Source: Octopus sinensis
Lineage: Eukaryota
Reading direction: 5' to 3'
Assembly: GCF_006345805.1 (NCBI RefSeq)
Contig: NC_043010.1
Location: 49,662,001-49,726,000 of the forward strand
Length of the DNA: 64,000 nt
Of this stretch, positions 51,540-64,000 are shown piece by piece; within the stretch, counting starts at the first letter, position 1; every line of letters starts with the position of its first letter. A program made the position numbers and the translations under genes. Below the pieces are notes generated by a model that made no database searches, was not told the origin of the DNA, and worked only from the letters and a program-made list of their open reading frames with translations.

Positions 51540-53079
51540 TGTGAATTTATAAAAGCAATATCCCACTCAAGAAAAAAAAAAAAGAAAGTGTAAAACATTT
51601 TTAAAAATTAAGAGAGAAAAAATTTTATTTTATGATGAAATAAATGGCATGTAAATTTGCAAATCCATGTGTACAACCTTTGCTTTATGTCTCTGTCTAC
51701 TTACCATAAAAGTAACCACTTCCAACATCACTTTTTCTCTCTTGTACTCAACAAAAGGAATGGCAAAATTAATCTACTTAGCATCCTTTTGTGCCAGCAC
51801 TAGTCAAAGTGATGTAATGTGTATGGTGGAAAGATAAGGATATGAATCAGCAAGGAACCTAACTAGTAAAATTGAATTAATTGTTTTAACATGATAATAT
51901 CTAAATATTTCACTAGTTTACATTCATTCAATACTATCACATTCTTGCATGTTTTCAAGTAAGAGTTTAATCAGAAGAATTAGACAGAAAGAAACTATAT
52001 TTCTCTAGAGGCTTGGTGGGATTTTCTACAATAAAACATAAAGATAAGGAAGGATAAAATCTGAATGAAATCTAGAACTCTTTTTTATTTCAATATTTAA
52101 ATAGTACTAGACTTACTACTCAGCCTTGCCTGGTAAAGTATTCACAGAATTGTTTGCCAGTTTGTAGTATGGGAATTCACGGTACTTATGCATGCATATA
52201 TATTTAACCTAACTCCTGGATTTATTTAATTGGAACTACCCAAACATAGTAAACAATTTACATTAGTAGAAGAAATTTTTAAACAATTTTTTATCCTGAA
52301 AATCACCTGTTACTTTTGTTTTAAAGTGAAAGATACACATACACGTCTGCATGAAATGGACGTGTATGTGTGTGTGAGAGAGAGAGAGAGTGGGCCACTT
52401 TCACATACATGAGAACATACACATTCACTCACTCATACACTCTCTCTGACTCATGTATGCACACGTGCACATATACATACAAAAATGATGTATGCATATG
52501 TATTGATGTAAGTACGCATACATGACAACACACTCCTTCACTCTCTCTTTCTCTCTCTCTCTCTCACACACATCCATTTCATATACATGTATATACATCT
52601 TTCACTTTCTCCTCTCTTTCACTTTAAAACAAAGGTAGATAAATAAAAAAGTTTTACGGAAATTAACGAACTCCAGATGATGAAATTGCATTCAGTTAAA
52701 AATATTTCGAAATGATTAAAATATTGTGTACATCAAAAAGTCAATGGTTTGTCTTTTCTTAAAGAGCACAAAGACAATGTGTGTGTATATGTCACAGATA
52801 GTGAACGTGTGTTTATGTTGATTGACATGCCATGACATTCCTATATGTGTGTGTATTGTGTATGTGTGTTGAAATCATGGAAGCCATGTATTTTTCTCAT
52901 TAAGAAATAGTAAAAACTGTGTTTAATCATTTAGATAGAGGTCCAAATGTCACAAAAATTTGTACTGCACTGCCGAAGGTAAGTATGAAAATAAATATGT
53001 AAAAAGATTTAAGATAGAATATACTATTTCTGAGATATTTCAGTTACACAGAAACATCCCTAGAGTTTTAGTATTATCA

Positions 53080-53520
53080 AGATAAGGTGGTGTTTGCAGA
53101 ATCATTAGCATGCCGGGCAAATTGCATTGCGGCATTTCATCTGTCTTTATATTCTGAGTTCAAATTCTGTTGAAGTTGACTTTACCTTTCATCCTTTCAG
53201 GGTCAATAAATTAAGTACCAGTCAAGTACTTGGGTTGATGTGATCGACTATTCCGCTCCCCACAAATTCCAGGCCTATAGTGGAAAGGAATATTTAGTAT
53301 GAAGTGGCGAGCTGGCAGAATAATCAGGTTGTTGGAAAAAATGCTTAGCAGCATTTCATTTGACTTTATGTTCTGAGTTCAAATTCCGCCATGGTCAACC
53401 TTGCCTTTCATCTTTTTGGGGTCAATAAAATAAGTACCTGTTGAAGACTGGGGTTGATGTAATCAACTTACCCGCTCCCCCTGAAATCTCTGTCTTTGTG
53501 CCAAAATTTGGAACCAATGT
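53080..53520 (+). mobile_element. Two tandem family-B SINEs
   Basis: Two cores ttctgagttcaaattc...tcatc..tt.ggggtcaataaa. Confidence 0.8.
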
Positions 53521-56500
53521 TTGAATAGTATCTTAGACGTGCTTCCCCTCTCACTTTCTCTCTTGCTCTTTTCTTATCTTTCTCCCTCTCTTTCTCTCTC
53601 ATATGCATATGCATTCTCCCTCTTTGTCTTAATATATTACCATACAAGAAACATTTAGATGACCCAGGACACATATAAACTGGGATTGTATATTGTTGTT
53701 TAACCCCAGATCAGCACTGATCGAAAAAGTCCCATAAACCAAGTACTCCATCCTGTCTTGTTTTTTGCCTGGCTAGTATATCCAATGTGCCATTCCATAT
53801 TTAACCCTTAAGCATTTAAGCAGCCATATTTACCCCTAATATTCTACCTCTTTTATGCTCAAATTGGGTGGATCCAGCATGATTAATTCAAAGCAATGTG
53901 GAAAATGAAGCATTGCATTTGACAGAGTAACCTGAATGCTAAATGGTTAAAATGATAGAGGGTAATATAAGGTATCACCTGCTTTTTCAAGCAGTTCAAC
54001 CAATTGCACAGGAGCTTCTTTGTTCATGAGACGTGAATGTGTAATCCAGAAACAGGAGTCTCAAGACAAATAAAATATTCATGCGGTTTGGTGTACCTTG
54101 ATTAACTAGAATCTCCTCCCAGATTAAGTAGTTAAGACAAAATGAAATCATTATTGATTTATTATATGTTTCAGAACAAACAGATTAAAGTTAAGGTTTA
54201 TCACTTTTCATTATTCTCATCGAAGACAGGGATATTAGAACACTTAAGCTTAAGATTTAAGCTTACTAAAGATTCGTTACTTTAAATAATCTGTTGATGT
54301 AATAAAATGTTTCAGGATTTTTCCTCTAGCTAACATCTTTCACCTAACATTGAACTTTTAAGAGGGTTTGTTTGACTACACAAGTGAATGGAATTAAGAT
54401 GTTAGTAGGAAAAAAAAAGTAGATTCGAACATATGCTTTATAATACAATTTACTAATGTATTCCAGAAGTAAATTGCTCATATGATAAATGCCATTGTGT
54501 ATTTGTATACATATTTCATAGAAGAATCTTATTGGGCTTATTTTATTTTATATGCACACAATCACATGCACACATACATATGAATATATTCTTTATTTAT
54601 GGATTAACATTGTTAATCCAGAAATAAAGAATATATTTATCCACCAAATGTGGTGTTGAGCACTCATTGTCACTGTTCACTGCTATCATTTGTGTATATA
54701 CACGTGTGTATACATGTACAGATGTACAGTCTGTGTGTATAAATACACACACATGTATATGATGATGATGATAAATATACATATACATGTACAGGTGTGT
54801 GTGTGTGTGTGTGTGTACATAGATACATTCATGTGTGTGTGTATGTGTATATCATCACATATATTAGAGAGGGAATTACAAAGAAGGCAGTGACCAGGTT
54901 TATCTCAAGAACTACGAAAAACGAAAAATTGACTAATATATTCTTGTGCCAAACTAGAAAGAACAGATACAGATACAATGAGAATATTATCATGAATGAA
55001 TGAAGCTTGGTTTAGCACCAAAATGAAACAAGATTTAAAAGTGGGTAGGTATAGAGAAATGGACATCAAAGAAATATTAAAATGTCTGTGGAAAAATCGA
55101 ATAGAGGGTTTCTTGTTGTTGGAATTAGCATTCTGACAAATGCATGTGGTTTGCAAGAAAATCTAATAGAGATAACTGCTAAACTGATATCAGGTTATAA
55201 GGGTATTGTCAGAGACATATTTACAGATTTAAACCAGTTATATTTGGATAAAATATTCTACTTTATATTCAGACTAGCCAGATCCAGCCTCAAACACATA
55301 CCCTGCAATGTCATTCTTAAAAGAAACAATCATATTGAATTCTTGAAGCTACAAGATTATGCATGAATAAAATATTCTTCTTGTTTTGTTACCATACCAG
55401 CCAGGTCCAGCCTCTCGCACCGTCTTACAATGTCATTCTAAAAATAAAGAATCACATCAGTGTACTCTTTGAAGCTACAGATAATGCATGATTAATTCAA
55501 AACAATGTGAATGAATAAGCATTATATTTGGCAGAGTAGTCTGAATGCTAAAGGATTAATAAACATCACAAGGGAAGAATCAGTTGAAAGTGTATCATCA
55601 AAGATAAACCTTAACTCGCCTAAAAATGTAGATGTTTTGAAACTGAACAATGATATTCTTGCATTACTTGCTGCCAGGAAATATGGCAGCATACAAAAGT
55701 GTTAGTAATATTGACGCAATAAAGAAATAATAAAGATTATCCAATTAGATTTTTAAATGCATTGGCTCCTTCAAGAATGTTGCTTTCAGTCTTGAAGTTA
55801 ACTGTTGATATGATTATTATGCTATTACACAATTTTCACTCAGAAAGAGGATTGCTTCATGATTCATGAGTTTAGATAAATAAAATTTCATTGTGATCGC
55901 TACTTCCATGGACAAGTACTGACAGGAAGTCAAAAGTTTATGGTAGTATTCACCTGCAAGATTAAATGACCTCCCACAGGTATCAATCTTTTCTTTAATG
56001 TGATATTAATTTCCATTGACTGATATCGGAGTATATTTACCTTTCTCTTCTTTACTTACAAAAAATTCCATGTGGCTCTCAGAAGAACTAGAAATGAAAA
56101 TAATTTGAAACAGCATTGTGAAAATAAGTAGAATCGAGGAAATTTTTTTAGAAGAATATTTTCACTGAAAATGTAACAATAAAAGAATTATAAAATTATA
56201 TAGTTTTTACAAAGCCCTGTCCAGTATTATCATGGGATTGTTTCTCTACAATTGGTAAAATCTTCATTTTATTTATTAGTAAAGTAAATATTGAGCCCAA
56301 TAATTTTTTTTTTCCTTTTCTTTTCAAGATTGTTCAAAGCAAAATTTATTACATCATGTAAAAAATCTGTATTCAAAAAGTAAATATAGTTTTCTGTATT
56401 TTAACTTTATTTTATGATCTTCCATACATTTAAGATAAACATGTCTATCTAGTCGTTACTAATATTGGTTTCAAATTTTGGCACAAGGCCAGCAAGCTCA

Positions 56501-57300
56501 GGGAGTGTTCAGTTGGTACTTATTTTATTGATCCTGGAGAATGAAAGGCCAAGTTGACCTAGCGGGGTGTTAAGAGTTAATCCTAAATGCAGGATCTTGG
56601 AGCACGGTTATGGTTATCATTTTCATTGGACAGTTTTTAAATATTCTACTTCAGTGTTGTCTATGGTTGTCAACACAGACATTGTCTGTGGCCAATTCAT
56701 TGGCTTTGTTTCTATTTGTCTGCTTCACTTTTATATTTGTGTTATTTGTATTATAATTTATTGGCCAGTTCAATAGCTGTCTTGTTTCTGCTTGTTGAAA
56801 ACACACACACACACACACACACACTTGAAATCAAGCATGTGTGTGTGTAAATAGTCAAGTTGACAACAAAAAATTATTTATTTACAAAAACACACACAGA
56901 CTCACACAATTACACATGTATGTGGCCATTGCTCATATATATAACAATTACATTGTAGAAGAGTCATCCTAGCCATTTAAAAGCACATAAAAATTGCTAT
57001 GTTTCCTTTTTTATTATTACTTAATAGTTATTGTCTACCATAAATTGTGAAAAAGATGTTTTGTTGCACTTCTGCAGTGAATTGTGTCAGTGACCAGGAT
57101 GCAGAAGTGTGACATGATTTTTTAAATAATTCGTTGTAAGCAATACAATAAAAAAAAACCCCAAATGAAAGTGAACATAATAATTCTCACATGCTCTTAA
57201 ATAGCTTGAATTATTCTTCCTGAATGTAATTGTTTCAGTTTCAATAATACAGACTTTCAGATCAAGTTACTTGCGAAACAAATACAACTCATATATATGC

Positions 57301-57710
57301 TCTTAGCTTAGTTTTTCCTTGGGGCTGGCCACATTGGAGCAATCTCAAGAATAATCAGCCGAAATTGCGATGATAATCTGGTACTTGACTGAGGATAGAG
57401 GGCTTCGAATGACCCGTCCTTGTTTTCTTTGTATCATCTACCTGGATGTTTTGTTGTCCCTTTTTGTGTCACCTAGCTGTCCAGATGTTTTGTGTTCTTG
57501 TCCCATTTTGTATTGGCACTGTGCTGGTGACACGTAAAAAGCACCCACTACACTCATGGAGTGGTTGGCATTAGGAAGGGCATCCAGCCATAGAAACATT
57601 GCCAGATCAGACTGGGCCTGGTGCAGCCTTCTGGCTTCCCAGACCCCAGTTGAACCGTCCAACCCATGCTAGCATGGAAAGCAGACCCTAAACGATGATG
57701 ATGATGATGA
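57301..57710 (+). mobile_element. Unclassified CpG-containing repeat (57301-57510) abutting a sense-oriented RTE 3' end (57515-57710)
   Basis: The RTE 3' UTR ends in (GAT)n at ~57710. The upstream part has several CpGs and a short internal direct repeat (gatgttttgt...ttgtccc). Confidence 0.55.
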
Positions 57711-58085
57711 TATATGATTCTACTATTTTATTATAGTTTCTACTTTCAAATTCATTGGAAGATGTACTAAAATAAATTTGAAAAAAAATTGCATACACAG
57801 AAAATTATGGGTGAGAGAATAGTGGGAGAAAAGGAGCAGTTGAGGCCTAACTTGGTTATGTAGAGATGGAACAGATAGTTAAAATTTTCGTAGTAAACAA
57901 TTGAATAGGATAGAGAAAACAGTTTGGAAAGCAGTTATTTCATCTTTCAGTCACTGGTCCAAGATTGTCATTTTAGAAAGTCAAGGTTGATGAGAGCAAA
58001 CATATATTTTAAGATATTTACTTGGGATACATTTGAAATATGGGGAACACATGAAACAACCAAATTATTGGTTGTCAAATTAAAT

Positions 58086-58454
58086 ACTCTTTTACTTGTT
58101 TCAGTCGTTTGACTGCAGCCATGCTGGAGCACTGCCTTTAGTCGAACAAATCAACCCCAGGACTTATTCTTTGTAAGACTAGTACTTATTCTATCAGTCT
58201 CTTTTGCCGAACCACTAAGTTAGGGGAACGTAAACACACCAGTACCGACTGTCAAGCAATGCTGGGGGGACAAACACATATACATATATATGACGGGCTT
58301 CTTTCAGTTTCCATCTACCAAATCCACTCACAAGGCTTTGGTCAGCTCGAGGCTATAGTAGAAGACACTTGTCCAAGGTGCCACGCAGTGGGACTGAACC
58401 CGGAACCATGTGGTTGGTAAGCAAGCTACTTACCACACAGCCACTCCTGCACCT
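58086..58454 (-). mobile_element. Family-A SINE, young
   Basis: Full-length reverse copy. Confidence 0.9.
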
Positions 58455-58599
58455 GTATGTTTAAAATATTAAATTAATTATTTAGATTTGAATTAATTGA
58501 GGGAGGTAATTAATTCATTGACCATAAGTGTTTTATAACAGGTAGTATAAGATGATAGATGTCTTACATCATCCTTTATAAACACCAGTGAAAAGGTAT

Positions 58600-59590
58600 G
58601 GAGAGTTTATATTTTGGGGAAGTCTCTTGCATTGTTCTGTGTATCGGATGTTATTTAATGAATGGTTTGAAAAAATGCTCAGTGTATGCAGTTGGAAATT
58701 TATTCATAATATTTATTGATTAGCAGAAAACAAAATCTGATAAGTTTCTGATGTGTACAACATGCAATGTTTGTTAGAATGTCTATATTTATTGGCAATA
58801 TATTAATTCCTGTTTCATATCAAATTTATATTATTATTCTTAAAATGCCAGAAAAATTTGACAAAACTTGTGTCATTCTTCATTCTGAAATAAATGAAAA
58901 TGTTGGTCATTTTGAGCTTTAATGAGTTTCAGGCCAATCCAGAATAAGAATTTGAAACATTATTAGTATTCATAGTGACATTGTAAATATATTTTTCTAT
59001 TGTACAGCTGTTTTCTGGAAGGCATTTAGTTGGGTGATGGGATAAAATCATTCCATTTATATTTGTTCATATTAAGAATGATTATCCAAAACTAGGCATA
59101 GTAGAATAGAAGACTTTCACATAGCTTTTAATAATAAACTTACATATGTGTTTGAGTAGGAAATATTTATGTAACAATTTGAAAACAAATTGTTGCTACA
59201 GGGATCAGGACTTGTAGTTTGAGAGGTGGATTATACCTTGTTATTTTCCTATTTCTAGTGGTACTTGGTCATCAATCATTTCTTTTATTACATCTAGCTT
59301 TGTCTATGAAACCATCATCTTTAAATGTCTCATAATATTGTAAAGTAACAGTAAAAAAGCTTTGTTAGAGGGGAGATTAAAACTATATAAAGACATATTA
59401 TTACCAACACTACTTAAAATAATTCTTGGATGGCTAGAAAATTTATTAATATAGTGAGAAATGTCTGTTATTATGATAGAGGCTAATGTCAATATATATA
59501 AACCTTTGACATTAAACCTAACCATCATTTTAAAATCAGATTGTTTGAAAAAATTATGAAGGTCTTCACTGAATATTTTAGGCTTCAATT
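58600..59590 (-). mobile_element. Penelope-like element fragment (RT thumb to GIY-YIG region), decayed
   Basis: Minus-strand fragments EDLHNFFKQSDFK...YINKFSSHPRIILSS, RNRKITRYNPP and a YIGL.ET-like stretch follow PLE order. Confidence 0.65.
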
Positions 59591-60993
59591 TGATTGTATG
59601 GTATTTTAGACAAGTAACATTTTCTATAACCTTGGGCTGGCCTATTCCTTGTGAGTGAAATAAGGTACATGGAAACTATGGAATCTCATCAGATGAATTG
59701 TGCTTGTAATTTACATGTTCAGTCTTGTCACGCTAATCCTGCTTGAGAATTACATTAAGGATACATATATCTGAAATACTCAGCCACTTACACACTAATC
59801 CATTGAGTCTGGTAGTTCAGTTGGTCAAACAACTGAACACTTAAGGTTGGAAATTCTGACAAGATCCATTTATTTTATTCATAACATATCATCTCCTCTC
59901 CCTCCATGCTTTCTTATACTTTTCCTCACATTACTCCAACCTCCTCCACCTTATTTTCCTTCCCTTCTTTCTTCTTCCTTCTCTTCTTTCATTTCCTTTC
60001 TTTTCTTCTTGTCCTCTCATCTATTCCCTTTCATCACCTTTAATTTTCCTTCTTACTTTACAAAGGGTAGCTCTGACAAAGAGTGGTTCTATGAATTAAA
60101 ATCTTATCACACCCTATTATAAGATGTCGTCACATGCAGATACATGTCCATTCAAGGTCTGACATGAACATTGTGTGTTACAACTCTCTGATAGAATACA
60201 ACATAATCTTAGTACTCGCTTAGAATTTATTGGATTTTTTTATTTAAAATTTATTCTAAGAAACACAGGAATTTCCACTTGACTAAAAGACAGAAAACCT
60301 TTATTGAATGACCTAGCTTGGTTTGACAGTCAACCAATGCCCTTGCATTCTGCTTAGTGAGATTCAATATATCTTAAAACTTTGTTTACATACCCATGTA
60401 TATGATATCAGTGATTGCCTACTGCATTGCAACAATCCATTCATTATTGCATATATCTACCCTTGAAGAAATGAAGTGAAGTTTGCAAAGTAGGCTCATA
60501 CTTCTTCGTTACATGGATTAAAAATGGGTTAATAAAGTATTCGTCTTATGCAGAGCTTTTGTGTAACATTTTTTTCTTTATAAGCTAAATCAATTGGTTA
60601 ATTATTGATGCATCAACAACTCGCTTTAGATTTGCTCCATTTATGTTTTCAAATGCCTGCTATTTAGTCCATCAATAATTGATTGATGTAGCTGACATCA
60701 AAGTACAATTTATGCAAATTAGATTTTCCTGTTTAGAGAATCCCTCAATAACAGTTACTATATATGCAATTTCTCTGTGATAAAAAGCAACAGGTGTGCA
60801 ATCTCTAATGAGCTGTCCCAAATAGCAGTGAAACTGGTCAGACTGATACCTTGTTTTGTACTCATGAAGAGATGGTATAGACATTTGTTTACATTTGTCC
60901 AGTGTATTTGATTACACATGCAGTACTGCTTAAAATTTGTACTCTTATAATAGTAACAATGCATTCATGTTGTCTTAAACATGCTGCTTAGTG

Positions 60994-61181
60994 CAGTGTT
61001 CTGCAACCTTTTTACACTTGTGGTACACTTATATTCTTTTCAAAATTTGGTGACACACTTAAACTAAAAATATAGCTAAAAGTATGGGGAAAAAGATTAT
61101 ATTCAGGTTACACTGCAGCACACCTATAGTAACATCTTGTGGCACACCAGTGTGCCATGGAATACTGGCTGCAGAGCACTG
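60994..61181. mobile_element. hAT (Charlie-type) MITE, 188 bp
   Basis: TIRs cagtgttctgcaacc / ggctgcagagcactg; 8-bp TSD gcttagtg / gcttcgtg (7 of 8 match). Confidence 0.85.
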
Positions 61182-61249
61182 GCTTCGTGCATCAAAATTA
61201 ATTGACTTAGCTGTGAAGAAGGCATTATTTATACAAATCATATTTTTAT

Positions 61250-62380
61250 AGTCTAGTGAGTTCTAGTCTGAAACTAACACAGATGTTGATTGTAATGTCC
61301 TTTCAAGTCTTCAGTAGTGGAACACCGAGTAGTTCTTTTGGATACCATCAGATGGTATAATCAATGCTTGATATACCTTTCTTTTGGAGTGGACAAGTGG
61401 ACTGATATCAACAATTATAAAAAGCTAGTTTAGATGGAGGCTTCACAAATGTGTGTTCAATTGTGTATGATGGTGGAAATGATGTTGCCTAAGGCAGAGA
61501 AGCTAATTTTAACATGGTGTTCATTAAATAGTTTATGATATTTCTGAGTTTATGAAATGTGGTACCTCATTAGACATTATTGAAATTATTGGTTATAATT
61601 GTGGAAATATCTCAGTTATGAGATGGATTAAACTAGATTATTTTCTTCTTCAATCTCCTCCAATTTGGCATCCTCTATATAAACTAGCTTCTCAGTGAAG
61701 CAACTTCTAGTAAACGTCTCATTATAAAAGAGGGTTGCTCAGTCAAAAGTTCCCCTATCCAAGGATAGGTTGAAGGGTCTCATACACCAGCTACCAAGAT
61801 TTTCATTAAAACTGCAACTTGAGATTTTTATGAATGTATACAATTTTCTCATTTGGCTTCCTTTGTGTGTATTATCTAGATATTTAGCTAATTTTAGGCT
61901 GGTACCAGTCTTCATATCTAAACCAAACTTTTTGAATAGGTTTATCAAGTCCTTTCTAAATATGTTCATGGCATGGCAGTTCATATTGTATGTGATCGTC
62001 AAGCCATCATCACTGTAGAAACCACAGCTATGCAGGGAAAATTAACTTTCTAAGAGTATTAAGAATGACTGATCGCACAACTAACTCAGTGTCATCATAG
62101 TCTCCCCTTGGTGATAGGAAATATCAAAAACCTTGGTCATTCCCTTTTTTGACCAAATAAGATTTGTCATGGTATAGCAATGATATCTTGACATTCATTT
62201 CTGTCCTTGTATTCAAATCACTACAAACTGACTGAATTGCTTTCCAATGTCCAGGGCTTTCTCCTGGAGGCCCAGTACATTTGATATGGAAAAGTAGAAA
62301 TCACGATATTGACTTGAGTAAATCTGCTCACTGCTTAAGTTTCAATGCCACAGAGATATTCTTTTGACTCATCAGTGTCA
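61250..62380 (-). mobile_element. Penelope-like element RT plus GIY-YIG region, decayed
   Basis: Minus strand reads (F)NIV-DFY-SIS, GFYSDDGL (YxDD at 62006-62017), RKDLINLFKKFGLDMK..TSLKLAKYLD and CPLQKK. Confidence 0.75.
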
Positions 62381-64000
62381 ATACGGTCAACGTCCGTCGT
62401 CTGCTAGGACTTTCTTTTTTCTTATACTGTATGCATTGCATTGCATTACAGTTGTACTTGTCTGACAAGTTACTTGATCTGAGATCATGTATTGAAACTG
62501 AAATGATAACATGGCTGAAGAAGCATGTTAGACATTTATAACACATATATAATGATTACACTGTTTTATATCTTGATAGTATTGTTAATACAATGTGTCA
62601 CAAATTTTAGTCCTGTCAAGAAATTAAACAAAGTCAGTATAATGCTTATATCTTTTATATAGGCTAGTATTATTATCGTTATCCTGGAAATTAGACAGAT
62701 AAATAGATTGACAGATAGATAAATGTATGTATGTGCACAGGGCATACAAACTGTAAGAAATGCAAAGAATATAAGTTACATACAAATGTATCAGGTGCTT
62801 ACCCAGCAGTATGTGTGTGGTGATGGTAATTATACAATGAAATCTTTATCTTCAATTTTAAACCACCCACCCTAGCAACTATTTTGTTTTGTTGATATAT
62901 TTTCCTGCACTTTTAGAACGTGACCTTTTAATATTATAAAATGAAATTAGTGCATAACCAATCATTTTAGTATGGCTCAGTGGCCTACAATCTTTGCTTT
63001 TTTTTTTGTTTTTTGTTTTTTTTTGCTTTTTGCTTTATCTCACACAAATGTAGACATGCAAACAGAGCTCGTTGCCATTCCATTCCATTTCCTTCCCTTC
63101 ACACTTGCTATTGCAGTTTTGTCCTTGTGGATTTTTTTTTTTTTTGGTTTCATCTTAGATATATCATACTATGTCATAAGAAAAAAACTGTCCAAATGCA
63201 TGCAGCTGCTTGTCTAGTGGCAAAGAGAGACACGTTTATGGTGTGTTTGTGTATGTATTTAGTTTCTTTGTAAGATATAAATACAGCTCGGCTCTTATCG
63301 ATATTCCTATAATGGAAGATTGCCATGAAAGTGAGTTGTTGAAAACAATCAACTTATTACTCACATGTGATTAACTATCTAAAAATTGCAATGTACTTAA
63401 AATAGCAGTTGAAGATGAAAAGCTTTAACCACTATTTTTTTTTTCTCTCTTGTTTTTTAACCTTTCTCATGAGTACCATGGTATTCTCAGCTACTTTCCC
63501 AGATCTATTTAAAATTAATCAGTTAATCACCTCCACTGCTATTGTTTTCTATTTCTCAAGTATTTCTCAGCTATTCATGTTTGTATGTAGGATGTTGCTG
63601 TGGTCGAATGTTTTACTGTATTTTTACCTATTTAAAATCTTTCCTTCTGTCTTCCGCATTCAAAAAAACCTTTTGACATCATCTTTGCCGTTTTCTCCTC
63701 GTAGTGGACTAAATAAATACCAGTTATACGTTGAAGTAATTTCCCATGACTGCATCAAAGGTGTCAAACATATGACCCATGGTACTGATGTAGTCATTTA
63801 ACCCATGCTAGCTTGGAGAAGCAGATGCATATGGCTACCTGTGCAAGATGTGCAGCAAATGTTGGCATACACCATGTAAAGAATATAGAACAGACAACAG
63901 GCACTATCTTTTAATCGAATTCAAAGAATTCAAATTTCCTTGGAATCAACATTGGCATTCATCCTTCTAGGTTCAATAGAATTAAGTACTAGCCAAGTAC

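Larger units (their letters stand above)
36071..64000 (+). other. Following intron (at least 27.9 kb), apparently running past the window end
   Basis: Begins gtaagt. I found no exon encoding the expected continuation in the rest of the window. Confidence 0.6.

Noticed and set aside
54886-54935. GSDQVYLKNYEKR, resembling a Gypsy integrase C-terminus
   Set aside because: Too short, followed by a stop, with no other LTR-element motifs nearby.

Overview
AT-rich, repeat-dense animal genomic DNA. The SINE, RTE and MITE families and the (TA)n/(CA)n load point to an octopus (coleoid cephalopod); this is inference. Nearly the whole window lies inside one + strand gene, a KDM3/JMJD1C-family JmjC histone demethylase. 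Only two coding exons are visible (50-166 and 35867-36070). Both are phase 0/0 and come from the N-terminal region. A 35.7-kb intron separates them, and a second intron of at least 27.9 kb runs off the window end. The introns are packed with decayed transposons: CR1/L2-group and RTE LINE pieces, two Penelope-like elements, DD37D, mariner and Tigger transposase relics, mariner/hAT/piggyBac-type MITEs, and many tRNA-derived SINEs. Almost all ORFs in the six-frame track are microsatellite or AT-rich artefacts. I found no prokaryote-type system and cannot claim a new biological system. The best leads concern RNA processing in the long introns: a candidate in-frame 9-nt microexon (18009-18017), a recursive-splice-site motif (CAG|GTAAGT at 25317-25325) in a repeat-poor region with several orphan donors that may be an internal promoter, a ~72-bp near-perfect hairpin inside a TSD-flanked insertion (41890-42036), a three-way alternative hairpin (16657-16716), and a mariner fold-back (38727-39621). 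All need expression data.
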